Source of the DNA: a virus
Direction: 5' to 3' (one strand)
DNA length: 64,000 bases
IMG/VR virus record: IMGVR_UViG_3300028025_000097
Below the pieces are notes generated by a model, which saw nothing but the letters and a program-made list of their open reading frames with translations, searched no databases and was not told the origin of the DNA. Position numbers and translations under genes: made by a program. This document shows, in pieces, positions 19,201-28,887 of this stretch. How positions within the stretch are numbered: position 1 is the stretch's first letter; each line of letters begins with the position of its first letter.

Positions 19201-20910
19201 ATTGGTAGTAATATTAGCTTGAGCGTTGATCGTTGCACTTGTGCTTGAAACGATTACAAAATCATTATTCGAATATCCTCTTCCATTTGCTGAAGCAGTA
19301 GTTTCAGTGATTATATTTGAATTTACAAATCTAACATTGCCGCCAGAAGCATTTGCTACTGAAATAACTGGAGATACTGTATCGCTAAATCCAAATCCAG
19401 CAGAAACTACACTAATACTTGCAATATAACCGGTTGAATTTGATACTATGTTACAAATAGCATTTACTGCTACATTTGAAATAGTAATAATATCGGAGTT
19501 TGAAAAAGTAGTATTACCGGCTGAATTGATACCAACTGTAGTAAGAGTTCCAAGACCTACAACATTTTTACTTGTAGAGGAAACCCCAACACTACCACCA
19601 AGACGTTTTAAGTCTAACTGAACTACTTTTTCAGTATCAGTAAAACCTGATCCATTTAATGAATCGTAATTTAATTTTACATTGTTAAATTTGGGGTCCT
19701 TAAGAACACCTACCGTTCTAAAATCATTATCAGTAGAAATAGTGCCGTTTTCAGTATTAGAAAACTTAACGCTTATGCCAAGATGATTGGCATATAATTC
19801 ATCTTCTGTATTATGACCGTGCCCGCCTTTTGGTCCGATAATTGGTCGTAGACTTGCATCATTTACAGTATTAGAAACTCTGACGACTGGAAATGCATAC
19901 GCATTAGCTGATGCCATGAAATAACCAGAACCGCGATTTAACACATCGATTTTATAGATCGTATTAGATGAAGTAGCATTAATTAATGCTCGAGCTGCAA
20001 CATTTGAAGTTTGTCTTCCATCACCATAAACTACTACTTCTGGAGTTATTTCAAAAGTAGAAGATGTAGGAGTAGTAGTAAAAGGCGTATCGATAAAGAT
20101 GAATTTATATTCGCCGTCAGTGGTATAACTTGTAATTCTTCTATATTGCCCAACACCAACACCAGTAATAATTTTAATGATGCAGCCTGTATAAAAATCA
20201 TTTGTAGCAGAAGCATTACCTGAAGCTATTCTATATTTTAATGGAAGACCGCCGAATCGTGTATCAGCAGCTGTAAAAGAACCTGAAAGATAGTTATTAT
20301 AAAATAACCCTCCTTTTTCGATCTTAATTACATCAATTGCACCAGAAATAGCGTTGGATGTAACATTTGCATCAATTGTAATCGGCATGTAAAGAGAAGT
20401 AGAAAATTTATTGAAAGTAGTAGCATCTACTTTATACATGTACTTCCAAATATAACCATCAGCGGTTTCATAGATGACATCATCTGCACCGGTCGCACTA
20501 AAGAGTGGTTGACTTGTTGCTGGACTGCCATTGTTGTTAAAGAGGCACTTATAAACATAATATGTGCCGCCTTCTGGAGATACAGCAAAAAATTGCTTAT
20601 TTTCTAGAGCACCATCCTGACTATCGTACATATCATAAACGGTACCAGTAGTCCAATTAAATCGATTAGCCATTACAGTAACATCAGAAGTAGTAATTTT
20701 TTTGGCAAATACCATTTCATCGAAGACATTAGTATTCAAACTTTGGACACTACTATTAGGAGCATCAATGGTATTATCACCTAAGCTATATTGAGTAGGC
20801 TTACCACCAAAAACGTAATAGATCGTATTAGCAGGTTCATTAATAGATTCTATGAACTGCTTTACGTTATGCAATCTAAAATAACTCGTAATTAACTTAT
20901 TATTTGCCAT
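16300..20910 (-). CDS. gp8: Baseplate wedge subunit gp8, enlarged
   Basis: NWTTGTVYDMYD, YYVYKCLFNNNG, TADGYIWKYMY, GPKGGHG, NDFRTVGVLKDP and C-terminal SGDVIYIENIEPISRSNTQSETIKLIVEF. Confidence 0.85.
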   Translation of the reverse strand: MANNKLITSYFRLHNVKQFIESINEPANTIYYVFGGKPTQYSLGDNTIDAPNSSVQSLNTNVFDEMVFAKKITTSDVTVMANRFNWTTGTVYDMYDSQDGALENKQFFAVSPEGGTYYVYKCLFNNNGSPATSQPLFSATGADDVIYETADGYIWKYMYKVDATTFNKFSTSLYMPITIDANVTSNAISGAIDVIKIEKGGLFYNNYLSGSFTAADTRFGGLPLKYRIASGNASATNDFYTGCIIKIITGVGVGQYRRITSYTTDGEYKFIFIDTPFTTTPTSSTFEITPEVVVYGDGRQTSNVAARALINATSSNTIYKIDVLNRGSGYFMASANAYAFPVVRVSNTVNDASLRPIIGPKGGHGHNTEDELYANHLGISVKFSNTENGTISTDNDFRTVGVLKDPKFNNVKLNYDSLNGSGFTDTEKVVQLDLKRLGGSVGVSSTSKNVVGLGTLTTVGINSAGNTTFSNSDIITISNVAVNAICNIVSNSTGYIASISVVSAGFGFSDTVSPVISVANASGGNVRFVNSNIITETTASANGRGYSNNDFVIVSSTSATINAQANITTNSIGGITSLLITNSGKGFNLNEIATITITANGVGYDSTVNNQLAFTGGGGTGAIATFVNTATGAISSVTLVNPGTAYTSTPTANAIGTSPSVVATFSVRMQSNGLSLIIANSSGGYSNGAKVVNATVVSNGSVGLYANTDYIVFPSPSATTGNAFANVFTATDGSMSLALVNATVTTLGNNFGFTLDPSATLTPYVANSTGGRVRYLNSNIVSAITVSNSAPVYRIGTVTITANGQNYDSTKILRVDVVNGGVGYNSIANNILIFTGGAGSGANATFVNNSLGSIISVTMVANGTGYTSVPTISTNATANGIGANLIPVLANSITFTSTSGGYGAIAFFTNNASGNIASIVIANNGFGYTGTTTATISDPVGTAATFTVAANSAGILFATNDILYVTNGSVNAVANVAINANSFLTSIDVTNSGSGFNSSTLFIYAANSSAGNTRYFNNTAIRNISVVSGGYTGFCSNSDVLTISNGTINGTANVVSNTVGGLSTINLTASGLGFANHSSLVMKLTNATGGEIRYLNDYIVNSHSIADGGSGYNNTDVVVITTTGAINATANIVTSTTGTISAIQFNNRGKGIFPSYIANVNIVAGGTGYSNADKIVFSGGGGTGANAVLLTNATGGIVRAYVVSGGINYDCAPTITVANSSGGTANGSSANLTSSIARPSYLRIYNANNNPSSGQFADISFTVSLSANASVDLGYSPTLVANLATAANIQTTLGDSANLYFTSTRAPNVSINLTGQTTSFSSSLGAGDYVYLQTSDSQTDLLQVNSVTNSSHLVLTSFPAFTSNAVAISAANVQADGNILDKAAGYIQVTNVVGFFTQANIVYGLSSKSSGNVTAISFNGVSKTGTIVNQLFYYGITSTVGVFQEDEIVYASGAIARFHSGNSSSIFVTNQNGLFYPGNTVTGNTSGATAVLSSGSSYKYEGDFIRGSGDVIYIENIEPISRSNTQSETIKLIVEF

Positions 20911-20921
20911 CTTACTCTCTT

Positions 20922-23900
20922 TTATAGAATATTAGTAATGCCATGACCAACTTCATTTGGCAATGGACTTTGTAAATTCACTATGTTAGAACCATTTGCT
21001 GTAGTAGATAATTTAAATCCAGTAGAATTGGCATATGCAACATAATAAGAAGTGCCATTTGCTAATCCAGTTATTACTGTATTTCCCGTATCGACATCAT
21101 AAACAATTGTATCTGTATTACCTAACAATAAAACGCTGTTATTTCCGTTTGGCAAACTAATAAAATCGATTGACACGTTTACATTAGATGTAGGATTAAA
21201 TGACGTTCTTAATTCAATTGTTCTAGAAGCAGTTATTGGTAACGAAATATTACTTTCTACTTCTGCTGCTGGGAACATCTTAGTGCCCGCAACATGAAGA
21301 ACCTTTTTCAACATTTCTGAATATCTTTCAAAAGGCACTCTACTCACTAATTCATAAGAATAATCTTGATAAAAATCACCATCATGTATATATTTATCTT
21401 GACTTAAAAAGCCTTTCGTATATTCATAGAAGCCTTCGCCTTTGCCTTGACGCTCTACGATTGCTTTTGCTATTCCTAAAGTGGCATTAGGATCGTTTTC
21501 TCGTGCAAAAGAAGATATATCAAATCGCTCATATCCATAACCAGAGTCTAGAACAATCAATGAACCAACTGCACCGTTTGCAGTAACAACATTAGCAGAT
21601 ACTTCAGCGTTTAATCCAGAAAAAGTTTTATCTTTACCTGCTACAGTAATCATTGTTATAAACCCGGAAGTTTCACCTTTTACATATGAATTGGCGTATT
21701 CTGGAATCTCACCAAACATCGAAGTTCGTGTAACTTGCAATCTATTATCATCTATAATAGTTTTAATTAATCCGAGTTTAGAATAACTTCCATTTTCAAT
21801 GTAATGACCAATTTGTGATGTTGCTGTTGGGGTGAGTACGATGGCAGATCCATTTGCAGTAGTCGATAGTTTTAATCCACTTGTATTTGATTGCACAACA
21901 TAATAATTAAAATTGTTAGCAAGACCGCCAATTACCGTATTACCATTATCCACACTGTATGTTACAATAGTACCATTAGCCCAAATATTATTTGTAATAC
22001 TAATAAAACTGCTAGATATATCATTTTTACCATCAAAAGCTTTTCGTGAAATGAATAATAAATTTTCACCCTTTAAGAAACTTGCTGTGTTTTCTCGTGT
22101 AGTGAGTATATAATCGTGTTTCTTATAACCGTAAACTACAGGTTCTATTACCGTAACTAATGGATCTAAGTTGTAGTCTTCACCTGGATTAGTTTTACTA
22201 ATTAAGCTTATAGAACCGATAGTAAAGTCATCAAAAGCTAATACACTTCTTATTGTTCCGCTCGATAGATTAGCTGTAGGATTAGCAGGAAATCCATATG
22301 CATTTGATCCTGATAGCGCAGTATTACTACTGCCATCGATAACAATATTTAAATAATCAGCACCATAAATGTTATTACTATAAAGAAAATCTGAGTTCAA
22401 AGAAACAGTTTCTTCATCGTCAAGACTTGCAACTTGGAATGATGCTAAACTACCTTGACCTGCTGCTGTAAGATATGCAGTAGTATTTGATGTTTTACCA
22501 TATAAAAATAGACCATTATTATAGTCTATTGCACTACCTAAAACAGGAGTAAAGAAGGCGCCATATCCTCCAGATACTACAGCAGTAAATGAGTGACCAT
22601 TTTCAGTAGCGCCAGCAGTGATATTAATTACATTTCCTTTTGGAGCAGTAGAAACCGTTATACCAAGAGAGTTTGCAGTTCTTACATAATATTTTGTATT
22701 ATTTGTTAATCCACTTAATGCGGTATTGGTAGCAGTGACTCTATACTCAACATATTGCGCATTTACAAAATCATGACTAGAAATTGTGATAAAATCTGTA
22801 GTATTAGAAACATCAGTATTTGCATTGAAAAAATACTGATTTGCACTATTTGCGATCGTAGCACTAGGTGTAGTTAAATAACCTGTCCCTGGACGCACAA
22901 TTGTAACAGCAGATATATTACCACCAGCAGTAGTGGTTACTCTTGCATATGTGCCATAACCAGAAGTAGACGTAAAACTTAATACATCTCCATTCGAATA
23001 ATTTGCTCCGTTTGCAGTAATTGTAACAGAAGCAACAGAAGTCGTAGAACTATCATTGATGCCGATATATGTAGAATATGAACTTAGAAGTGCATTAGCA
23101 GAAGAAGCTCTGCCACGTATTCTTTGATTAGATAAGAACGCGCCTTGAGTATTTGAAATTTCTACGACAAGATTAGAGCCAGCTCTAGATACAGTTTGCA
23201 CTGTAGCATTTGCCCATTCGACGGTAGAATTAGACTGATATACTTGTTCGCCTTTTGTTACTAAAACCCCGTTTTGTATATCTGAAAGTATTAAACTATT
23301 ATTTGTAGTAAATGCAACAATATTTGCAGTAGCAGTTAAATCAGTATAAGTTACAGTATTAGCATAAATCGTATTATCGGAATTATAGAATCGAGCATTC
23401 GATTGTAGATTGCCGGAAATAACTGAAACGTATAGATTTCCTGTTGTCGAATCAATAGTTGAAACATTGATTGAAATTATTTGGCCGTATCCAGAAAGTG
23501 TATTGTTTGCATAATAATTGTAAATAAGATTATTTGTTTGAAACGTTCCAGACATTCCTTGAAAATCGATATTAGCTTTAGGCTGAACAAACGGTTCAAA
23601 TTGAATAAAAGGATTGATCAAAGATCCATTTGAAACAATAACATTATTAACCTGTAATGTTTTTTCTGCAATTATAATTTTTGGAGAGATCGTATAACCC
23701 CAACCACCTTCTAATAATAAAAACTCTACTTGACCAGTAGTATTATATGTAGAAGTTACGATGGCTTTACCGTTCATTCCAGTATTTGAAGTAAGAGTGA
23801 CGATATCACCTACGACATACTCTGACGCACCAGTAAGGACTTCTAATTCATTTAATGAACCAGTAATGACAGGAGTGTTTCTTGGATCAGTCGTGCCAGT

Positions 23901-24536
23901 ATGTATTACCTTTTCGCCGTACTTAAAGTTACCTTTTAAATTACTCAAGAAAAATACATGAATATTTTTTGATATTTTTACTTTATTGCCAGCAGAATCG
24001 GTTTGGTCATTGATCTTTTTCTTGACGGAATAATTATCAACGAATGCAGTAGCACCACTATCTATGCCAGTAATTTGTTTCCCTTCGAACGCTGAATTAT
24101 ATGGAGTTTCAGTAACTTCAATGTAAATCGGAATCTTCCATGTGTTATCTGAAAGCTTGAAAACATCATCGCCTGGATAACGAATAGAGGCGGGTTGTGC
24201 ATAAACTAATTTAAAGAAAAGATCTACTGAACGTTCTGTACCTTTGGATCTATAAAAATCTAATGCATTCTTTATGAAAAGTCGTTTATTTGTAGCTGTA
24301 TCAAACTGAATATTCTTAAGTGTTTCTTCTTTGAAATAAACTAGAAAATTGTCTACTGTTTGATCTACATCACGATATTCCAATAACCTACGGGAATGAT
24401 AAAGCGTATTATTTGCTTGCTCTAACCATTCATAGTAAGCTTTTACAAACGTTACGAAAACTTGTCCATCTTCTCTATAAAAAGAAGGAAACTGTGATTC
24501 GATAAGGGGAGAGATGTAAGTGACGATATCTTTCAC
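20922..24536 (-). CDS. gp7: Baseplate wedge initiator gp7-like
   Basis: SQFPSFYREDG..FVTFVKAYYEWLE, FYRSKGTERS..LFFKL and DGDFYQDYSY...LHVAG. Lies between gp6 and gp8. Confidence 0.8.
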   Translation of the reverse strand: MKDIVTYISPLIESQFPSFYREDGQVFVTFVKAYYEWLEQANNTLYHSRRLLEYRDVDQTVDNFLVYFKEETLKNIQFDTATNKRLFIKNALDFYRSKGTERSVDLFFKLVYAQPASIRYPGDDVFKLSDNTWKIPIYIEVTETPYNSAFEGKQITGIDSGATAFVDNYSVKKKINDQTDSAGNKVKISKNIHVFFLSNLKGNFKYGEKVIHTGTTDPRNTPVITGSLNELEVLTGASEYVVGDIVTLTSNTGMNGKAIVTSTYNTTGQVEFLLLEGGWGYTISPKIIIAEKTLQVNNVIVSNGSLINPFIQFEPFVQPKANIDFQGMSGTFQTNNLIYNYYANNTLSGYGQIISINVSTIDSTTGNLYVSVISGNLQSNARFYNSDNTIYANTVTYTDLTATANIVAFTTNNSLILSDIQNGVLVTKGEQVYQSNSTVEWANATVQTVSRAGSNLVVEISNTQGAFLSNQRIRGRASSANALLSSYSTYIGINDSSTTSVASVTITANGANYSNGDVLSFTSTSGYGTYARVTTTAGGNISAVTIVRPGTGYLTTPSATIANSANQYFFNANTDVSNTTDFITISSHDFVNAQYVEYRVTATNTALSGLTNNTKYYVRTANSLGITVSTAPKGNVINITAGATENGHSFTAVVSGGYGAFFTPVLGSAIDYNNGLFLYGKTSNTTAYLTAAGQGSLASFQVASLDDEETVSLNSDFLYSNNIYGADYLNIVIDGSSNTALSGSNAYGFPANPTANLSSGTIRSVLAFDDFTIGSISLISKTNPGEDYNLDPLVTVIEPVVYGYKKHDYILTTRENTASFLKGENLLFISRKAFDGKNDISSSFISITNNIWANGTIVTYSVDNGNTVIGGLANNFNYYVVQSNTSGLKLSTTANGSAIVLTPTATSQIGHYIENGSYSKLGLIKTIIDDNRLQVTRTSMFGEIPEYANSYVKGETSGFITMITVAGKDKTFSGLNAEVSANVVTANGAVGSLIVLDSGYGYERFDISSFARENDPNATLGIAKAIVERQGKGEGFYEYTKGFLSQDKYIHDGDFYQDYSYELVSRVPFERYSEMLKKVLHVAGTKMFPAAEVESNISLPITASRTIELRTSFNPTSNVNVSIDFISLPNGNNSVLLLGNTDTIVYDVDTGNTVITGLANGTSYYVAYANSTGFKLSTTANGSNIVNLQSPLPNEVGHGITNIL

Positions 24537-24539
24537 TTA

Positions 24540-26330
24540 TTATTCCCTTTCAGAAACGATATTAATACGAACATCTTCATCTTTAATCGTTAAAATCGTT
24601 CTTAACAATGAAGATATATCTTTTCGTTTTGTGCGGGCAAAAATCTTAATACCACTTCCAGTATATTCTGTTATATTCAATCTTTTAAGTTGAACTTTGC
24701 CAGTTTTATAATCTACTGTGCCAACAGTATTTACTACTACGTTATTGGTTCCATCTAAAGTAATTGTCGTAATATTACCTTTTCCATCGTCTTTCAAATT
24801 TACTAATTTATTTTGAACAACAAAATTAGTAGATTCAATTGTAGAAATATAGTTGCTAGGATAAATTTTGTCAAGATCTGCAAAATCGTTTTCAAGTTCT
24901 TGCGCAAAATCTATGTCATAATTTTTTTCTATTCCTGTTTCTGGAAGCACTACTCGTATAGGTCTAATTATTGTATCATTACTTAATATACTTCTATCGG
25001 TCGCGTCTATAGTTTTAACCAAACTACTATAACGTAAAGTAGTGTTAAAATCATCAAGGTATGTTCCATTAAAGCCCCTTATAGCAGTTAAAATTAACTC
25101 TTTAAGAGATTCGCTATTTAATGCAGTAGTGTTTAGATTATATCTAACAGTAGAAAATATATCTACGTTCATGAAATCTGGATCGATAAACACAGGATCA
25201 ATAGACAACGAAGATCTTGGTTTAATAAAATTGTAATATTGCTGCTTTCGTATATCGGGAACGCCGTCTACATTCTTAAGATCTACTGCAATAAAGACTT
25301 TTCCAAATACTGGAGGAACAGCTTCTTCGCCTCCATATACTGATACAGCATTGATTTCAGGGAAATTTAAAAGAAGAAGATTTCTATAGTCTTCAGCAGT
25401 TATTGCTCTTTCTTGAGTAGTAAAATATCTTGGAGCATTAAACTTAACTGACTCAATTGACTCATGAATAGCACCTTGTGCGGCCGCTGATACAGTGGTT
25501 ACTGCTACATTTGAAAATGTTTGAATAGCGCCATCAGACGTAAATTTAAATGCGCCATTTGGAAGTTCGCCTTTACAAATACGATATTCACATACGACTA
25601 TTGAATTGTCTTTTGGTTTTCTTCCAAGTACGCCATCACCAAAAAGAACTTCATACTTGTCGTTTTCTGCGCCCTGAACAAAGAATATCTGAGAATTAGC
25701 TTGTTTGTCAAATAATGAAGTTGCTCTTAGATAAGATAAAATTTCTGCACCATTATCTTCAAGCACAGTTACTGTTAAAGAATCAGTGTCAATAGTTGGA
25801 TTAGAAAGCATGAATCGCTGTGATGTATCCGAATTATTTACAGTAAAAGTATCATTAACATATTGACCTTCATAGATTACAATTTCATTAGATACAAATG
25901 TACTATTGGCACCCGAGATTACTTTATTTTCATCAGTTGAAAAGGTAAAAGTATTAGAACCAACACGCGTGTTAAATGTAGTACCTTTTGGCATAGTAAC
26001 AGAAGCCACACTACCATCAGTTTGAATAGTTAAAGTAACGGTCGCACGAGCTGACTTAAAAGATCTTGGCGTGTAATTGAGTTCTTTTGCTCGTGAAATA
26101 ACGCTCTCTCGTAACTGCGCGCTATCCAAAAACATTTCATTGCCGATCATATTCAAATAAAACGTGTTCATATATGTGTTATATGAAAGGACATCAAGCA
26201 ATACATTTATATTACTTCCTTCAAAATCATAGTCTTTGAAGGTATTTTGAGTCTTAAGATAAGTCTTAAAACTCTCTTTGAGAGAAGTAAAATCTAAGTT
26301 TACTAAATTTATGCTTGTGTTTGCAGCCAT
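24540..26330 (-). CDS. gp6: Baseplate wedge subunit gp6
   Basis: LDFTSLKESFKTYLK...DYDFEGSNINVLLDVLSYNTY...FLDSAQLRESV and TQERAITAEDY. Confidence 0.92.
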   Translation of the reverse strand: MAANTSINLVNLDFTSLKESFKTYLKTQNTFKDYDFEGSNINVLLDVLSYNTYMNTFYLNMIGNEMFLDSAQLRESVISRAKELNYTPRSFKSARATVTLTIQTDGSVASVTMPKGTTFNTRVGSNTFTFSTDENKVISGANSTFVSNEIVIYEGQYVNDTFTVNNSDTSQRFMLSNPTIDTDSLTVTVLEDNGAEILSYLRATSLFDKQANSQIFFVQGAENDKYEVLFGDGVLGRKPKDNSIVVCEYRICKGELPNGAFKFTSDGAIQTFSNVAVTTVSAAAQGAIHESIESVKFNAPRYFTTQERAITAEDYRNLLLLNFPEINAVSVYGGEEAVPPVFGKVFIAVDLKNVDGVPDIRKQQYYNFIKPRSSLSIDPVFIDPDFMNVDIFSTVRYNLNTTALNSESLKELILTAIRGFNGTYLDDFNTTLRYSSLVKTIDATDRSILSNDTIIRPIRVVLPETGIEKNYDIDFAQELENDFADLDKIYPSNYISTIESTNFVVQNKLVNLKDDGKGNITTITLDGTNNVVVNTVGTVDYKTGKVQLKRLNITEYTGSGIKIFARTKRKDISSLLRTILTIKDEDVRINIVSERE

Positions 26331-26761
26331 TATCTTACTCTAATTAGAGGTATGTTTACTGTTATTGGATTAGCTATCGTAGTGATATAAAAAAGTAACG
26401 TCACTACATATCCATTATCGTCTGGATAAGGACTAACTATAACATCTATTATTTTTGCTCTTGGTTCATAATTTTCTATCGTTTGAATTATCGCAGACTT
26501 AATAGCAGCAGATGTAAATGTAGAGATGTCTTCAAACAAAAAGTGATTTAAATTAGAACCGATAGTTGGTTGAAATAATCTCTCATATTTATTCGTAGAT
26601 AATAAGTTACGAATAGAACGCGTGACTGCAGCTTCATTCTTAATCGTCATCAACTGCTTAGAGTCTGGATGAGCATTAAAATTAGTTAAAAAATCAGAAT
26701 ATAAAAACTGATCTTTAGATTTTTGTGCTGAAAACCTATCTGCTAATGAAGGTGATGCCAT
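26330..26761 (-). CDS. gp25: Baseplate wedge/sheath initiator gp25
   Basis: AVTRSIRNLLSTNKYERLFQPTIGS...IENYEPR. Confidence 0.9.
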   Translation of the reverse strand: MASPSLADRFSAQKSKDQFLYSDFLTNFNAHPDSKQLMTIKNEAAVTRSIRNLLSTNKYERLFQPTIGSNLNHFLFEDISTFTSAAIKSAIIQTIENYEPRAKIIDVIVSPYPDDNGYVVTLLFYITTIANPITVNIPLIRVR

Positions 26762-26788
26762 CTTTGAATCCTTATTCGAATCTTATAT

Positions 26789-27586
26789 TTATTGCTGTTC
26801 CGTCAATAAACCTATACTAGAATCATCTACATATGCATTTTTAAGATTTATTTTCGATGCCTTTAATGTCATTTCGCCTTCAGATTCTATTTTACATGAG
26901 CCATTAATTTTGGTGTCTAGATTACCGTCAATTTGCATATTTACATTGCCTTTGACAGTTATCTTTACATCGCCTTGAACATACATTTCATCGTTCTTAG
27001 CTAATATTGTATAGTTATCACCTGCGACTTTAGTCACAGTTCTCCCATCTGCGCTAATTTCTACATATGTACCAGACTTATGATACAGATGAATTCGTTC
27101 TGCATTTGGTGTATCATCTATTTCTATCGTATGACCGCTCTGAGTGCGTGTAACTTTATTGTATGGATACTTTGAACCGTATGTTGTTTCTGGTTCTGGA
27201 CCCATCAACGGTTTTGATTTCCATGTATTCACTTCTCGCGCTAGTTGTGGCACGTCATGATTCTTAATATCACCTTCTTTTATTGCCGGTTGAGTACCAA
27301 AAATTATTGGAATTTTTGACGCCGATCCATCAGCAAAAAAACCATATGCAAAACTTCCTACTAAGATACCAGTAGGAGATGTACCTACTTCACCTAATTC
27401 AGGAGTCTGATAACTAGCACTCGTTATAGGTAATAGTGGCATAGCCCAAGGTAATTCTTCATCAGAAAATTGATCATGAAATCCATCAATACGTATCTGG
27501 CATTGACCTAATTTATCAGGATCATTGACATTCACTACTTCAGCATAAAACCAATAAAATGTACCTTCACCACCAAAGCGTTTCAT
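26789..27586 (-). CDS. gp5: Baseplate hub/needle gp5 (OB fold plus short beta-helix, no lysozyme domain)
   Basis: VVNVNDPDKLGQCQIRIDGFH..LPWA, KYPYNKVTRTQSGHTIEIDDTPNAERIHLYHKSGT and V-x-G-N repeats. Confidence 0.85.
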   Translation of the reverse strand: MKRFGGEGTFYWFYAEVVNVNDPDKLGQCQIRIDGFHDQFSDEELPWAMPLLPITSASYQTPELGEVGTSPTGILVGSFAYGFFADGSASKIPIIFGTQPAIKEGDIKNHDVPQLAREVNTWKSKPLMGPEPETTYGSKYPYNKVTRTQSGHTIEIDDTPNAERIHLYHKSGTYVEISADGRTVTKVAGDNYTILAKNDEMYVQGDVKITVKGNVNMQIDGNLDTKINGSCKIESEGEMTLKASKINLKNAYVDDSSIGLLTEQQ

Positions 27587-28887
27587 GTATCAAATCCTCC
27601 GCTCTTACCATAAGATGCGTTTATAAGTTCTAGTGATGTAAAATATCTGAAGTCTAAATCCGTTTTCGATATAGTATGCCTTGCATGAGAAATTAAATAT
27701 TCACCTGATACGAATTCAGAATTTTCTCCTTTTTGTTTTCCTCCGATTTTTGTCAAACCAGTAGGACTAGGAACTTCTGCTCTTACTCTGAATCCGCAAG
27801 AAAGATAAGTATCTCCATATACCATTATGCGCAACATGTTTTGAGTCAATAATGTTATGAAAGCTTTAGCATAGCCGATTTTTTGTTCTAAAAATGTGTC
27901 AGACGATGCAGAAGATTTCATGATATTGTATATCTGTGAAGGAGATTTATTGTTAGAAGATTCAAATGCAGAAGTATATAACGGCTTAGCGCCTTTAGTT
28001 TTTCCAAAACTGTCATTGTCAATAGCAGAATTAAACTTAACTACTGTTTTTCCACGAGTTTTAATATCAGTAGATCTTACTTCATTATTTAACGCTCCAT
28101 CGCCAGTTAATTTAATTGGAGATTCTTGAACTATGTGATTATATGCTAAAATGTTTCGGTATGTGATATTTTTAACACTCGTAGCGCTATCAGAATCCCA
28201 GAAAAACATAGCATCTGGCAATAATCTATTTTTACTCGAAAGCAATAATTCTATTGGAAGAAAATTAAATCCATTTTTATCTGCGATTCTTCCTTCATAA
28301 AACGCGTATACTGATGATCGATGTATTTTTGAAACGGCTTTTTGTTTCAACATATCGATAGCTTGAAACGGTTTTATTCCAATGAAATTTAAATTTTGTA
28401 TTCCCTTTGTTCCTTCGCTTTCACAATAAAAAGGTTTGTTAGATTGAAGATCATTTTCCAAAATCATTTTAACATAACTATCTATAGGCATACCGTTCAA
28501 TGGAGTTCTACGAAGTTGATTAGCATTATTCCTTACTTCTATAGAGTAAAACTGAAGATCGTAGCGAGATGAAGCCGCGTCGCTTCCCATAGTGACGTTT
28601 TGAATTTCAGTTATCAGAAATTCAAATTTTCTAGGTTTACTGATTGGACCGGGAACAGAAATCTCAAATACAAGTTTACATTCATTTCCCATTATAGGAA
28701 GTTTGTCTCGAATATTGATGTTGTCATTTAAAGTAAGACTACCAAACATCACGGGTGATAGAATAGATTCATAGATGTCTATTCTCAGCAATTGATCTTT
28801 GATGAACATCAATTTGTTATTATCTAGCGATCCTACATATGCCTGATGTATGGCTACGTCACCTGGATTAAATGTTTGAATTGCCAT
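27583..28887 (-). CDS. Putative baseplate hub protein (gp27/VgrG-like position)
   Basis: 434 aa between gp53 and gp5. IDIYESILSPVMFGSL and GEYLISHARHTI are typical of the hub/late-control D fold. Confidence 0.55.
   Translation of the reverse strand: MAIQTFNPGDVAIHQAYVGSLDNNKLMFIKDQLLRIDIYESILSPVMFGSLTLNDNINIRDKLPIMGNECKLVFEISVPGPISKPRKFEFLITEIQNVTMGSDAASSRYDLQFYSIEVRNNANQLRRTPLNGMPIDSYVKMILENDLQSNKPFYCESEGTKGIQNLNFIGIKPFQAIDMLKQKAVSKIHRSSVYAFYEGRIADKNGFNFLPIELLLSSKNRLLPDAMFFWDSDSATSVKNITYRNILAYNHIVQESPIKLTGDGALNNEVRSTDIKTRGKTVVKFNSAIDNDSFGKTKGAKPLYTSAFESSNNKSPSQIYNIMKSSASSDTFLEQKIGYAKAFITLLTQNMLRIMVYGDTYLSCGFRVRAEVPSPTGLTKIGGKQKGENSEFVSGEYLISHARHTISKTDLDFRYFTSLELINASYGKSGGFDT

Noticed and set aside
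1781-24536. High density of N-x-S/T sequons suggesting N-glycosylation
   Set aside because: Explained by the extreme Asn/Thr/Ser composition of beta-rich fibre proteins; no oligosaccharyltransferase is visible.
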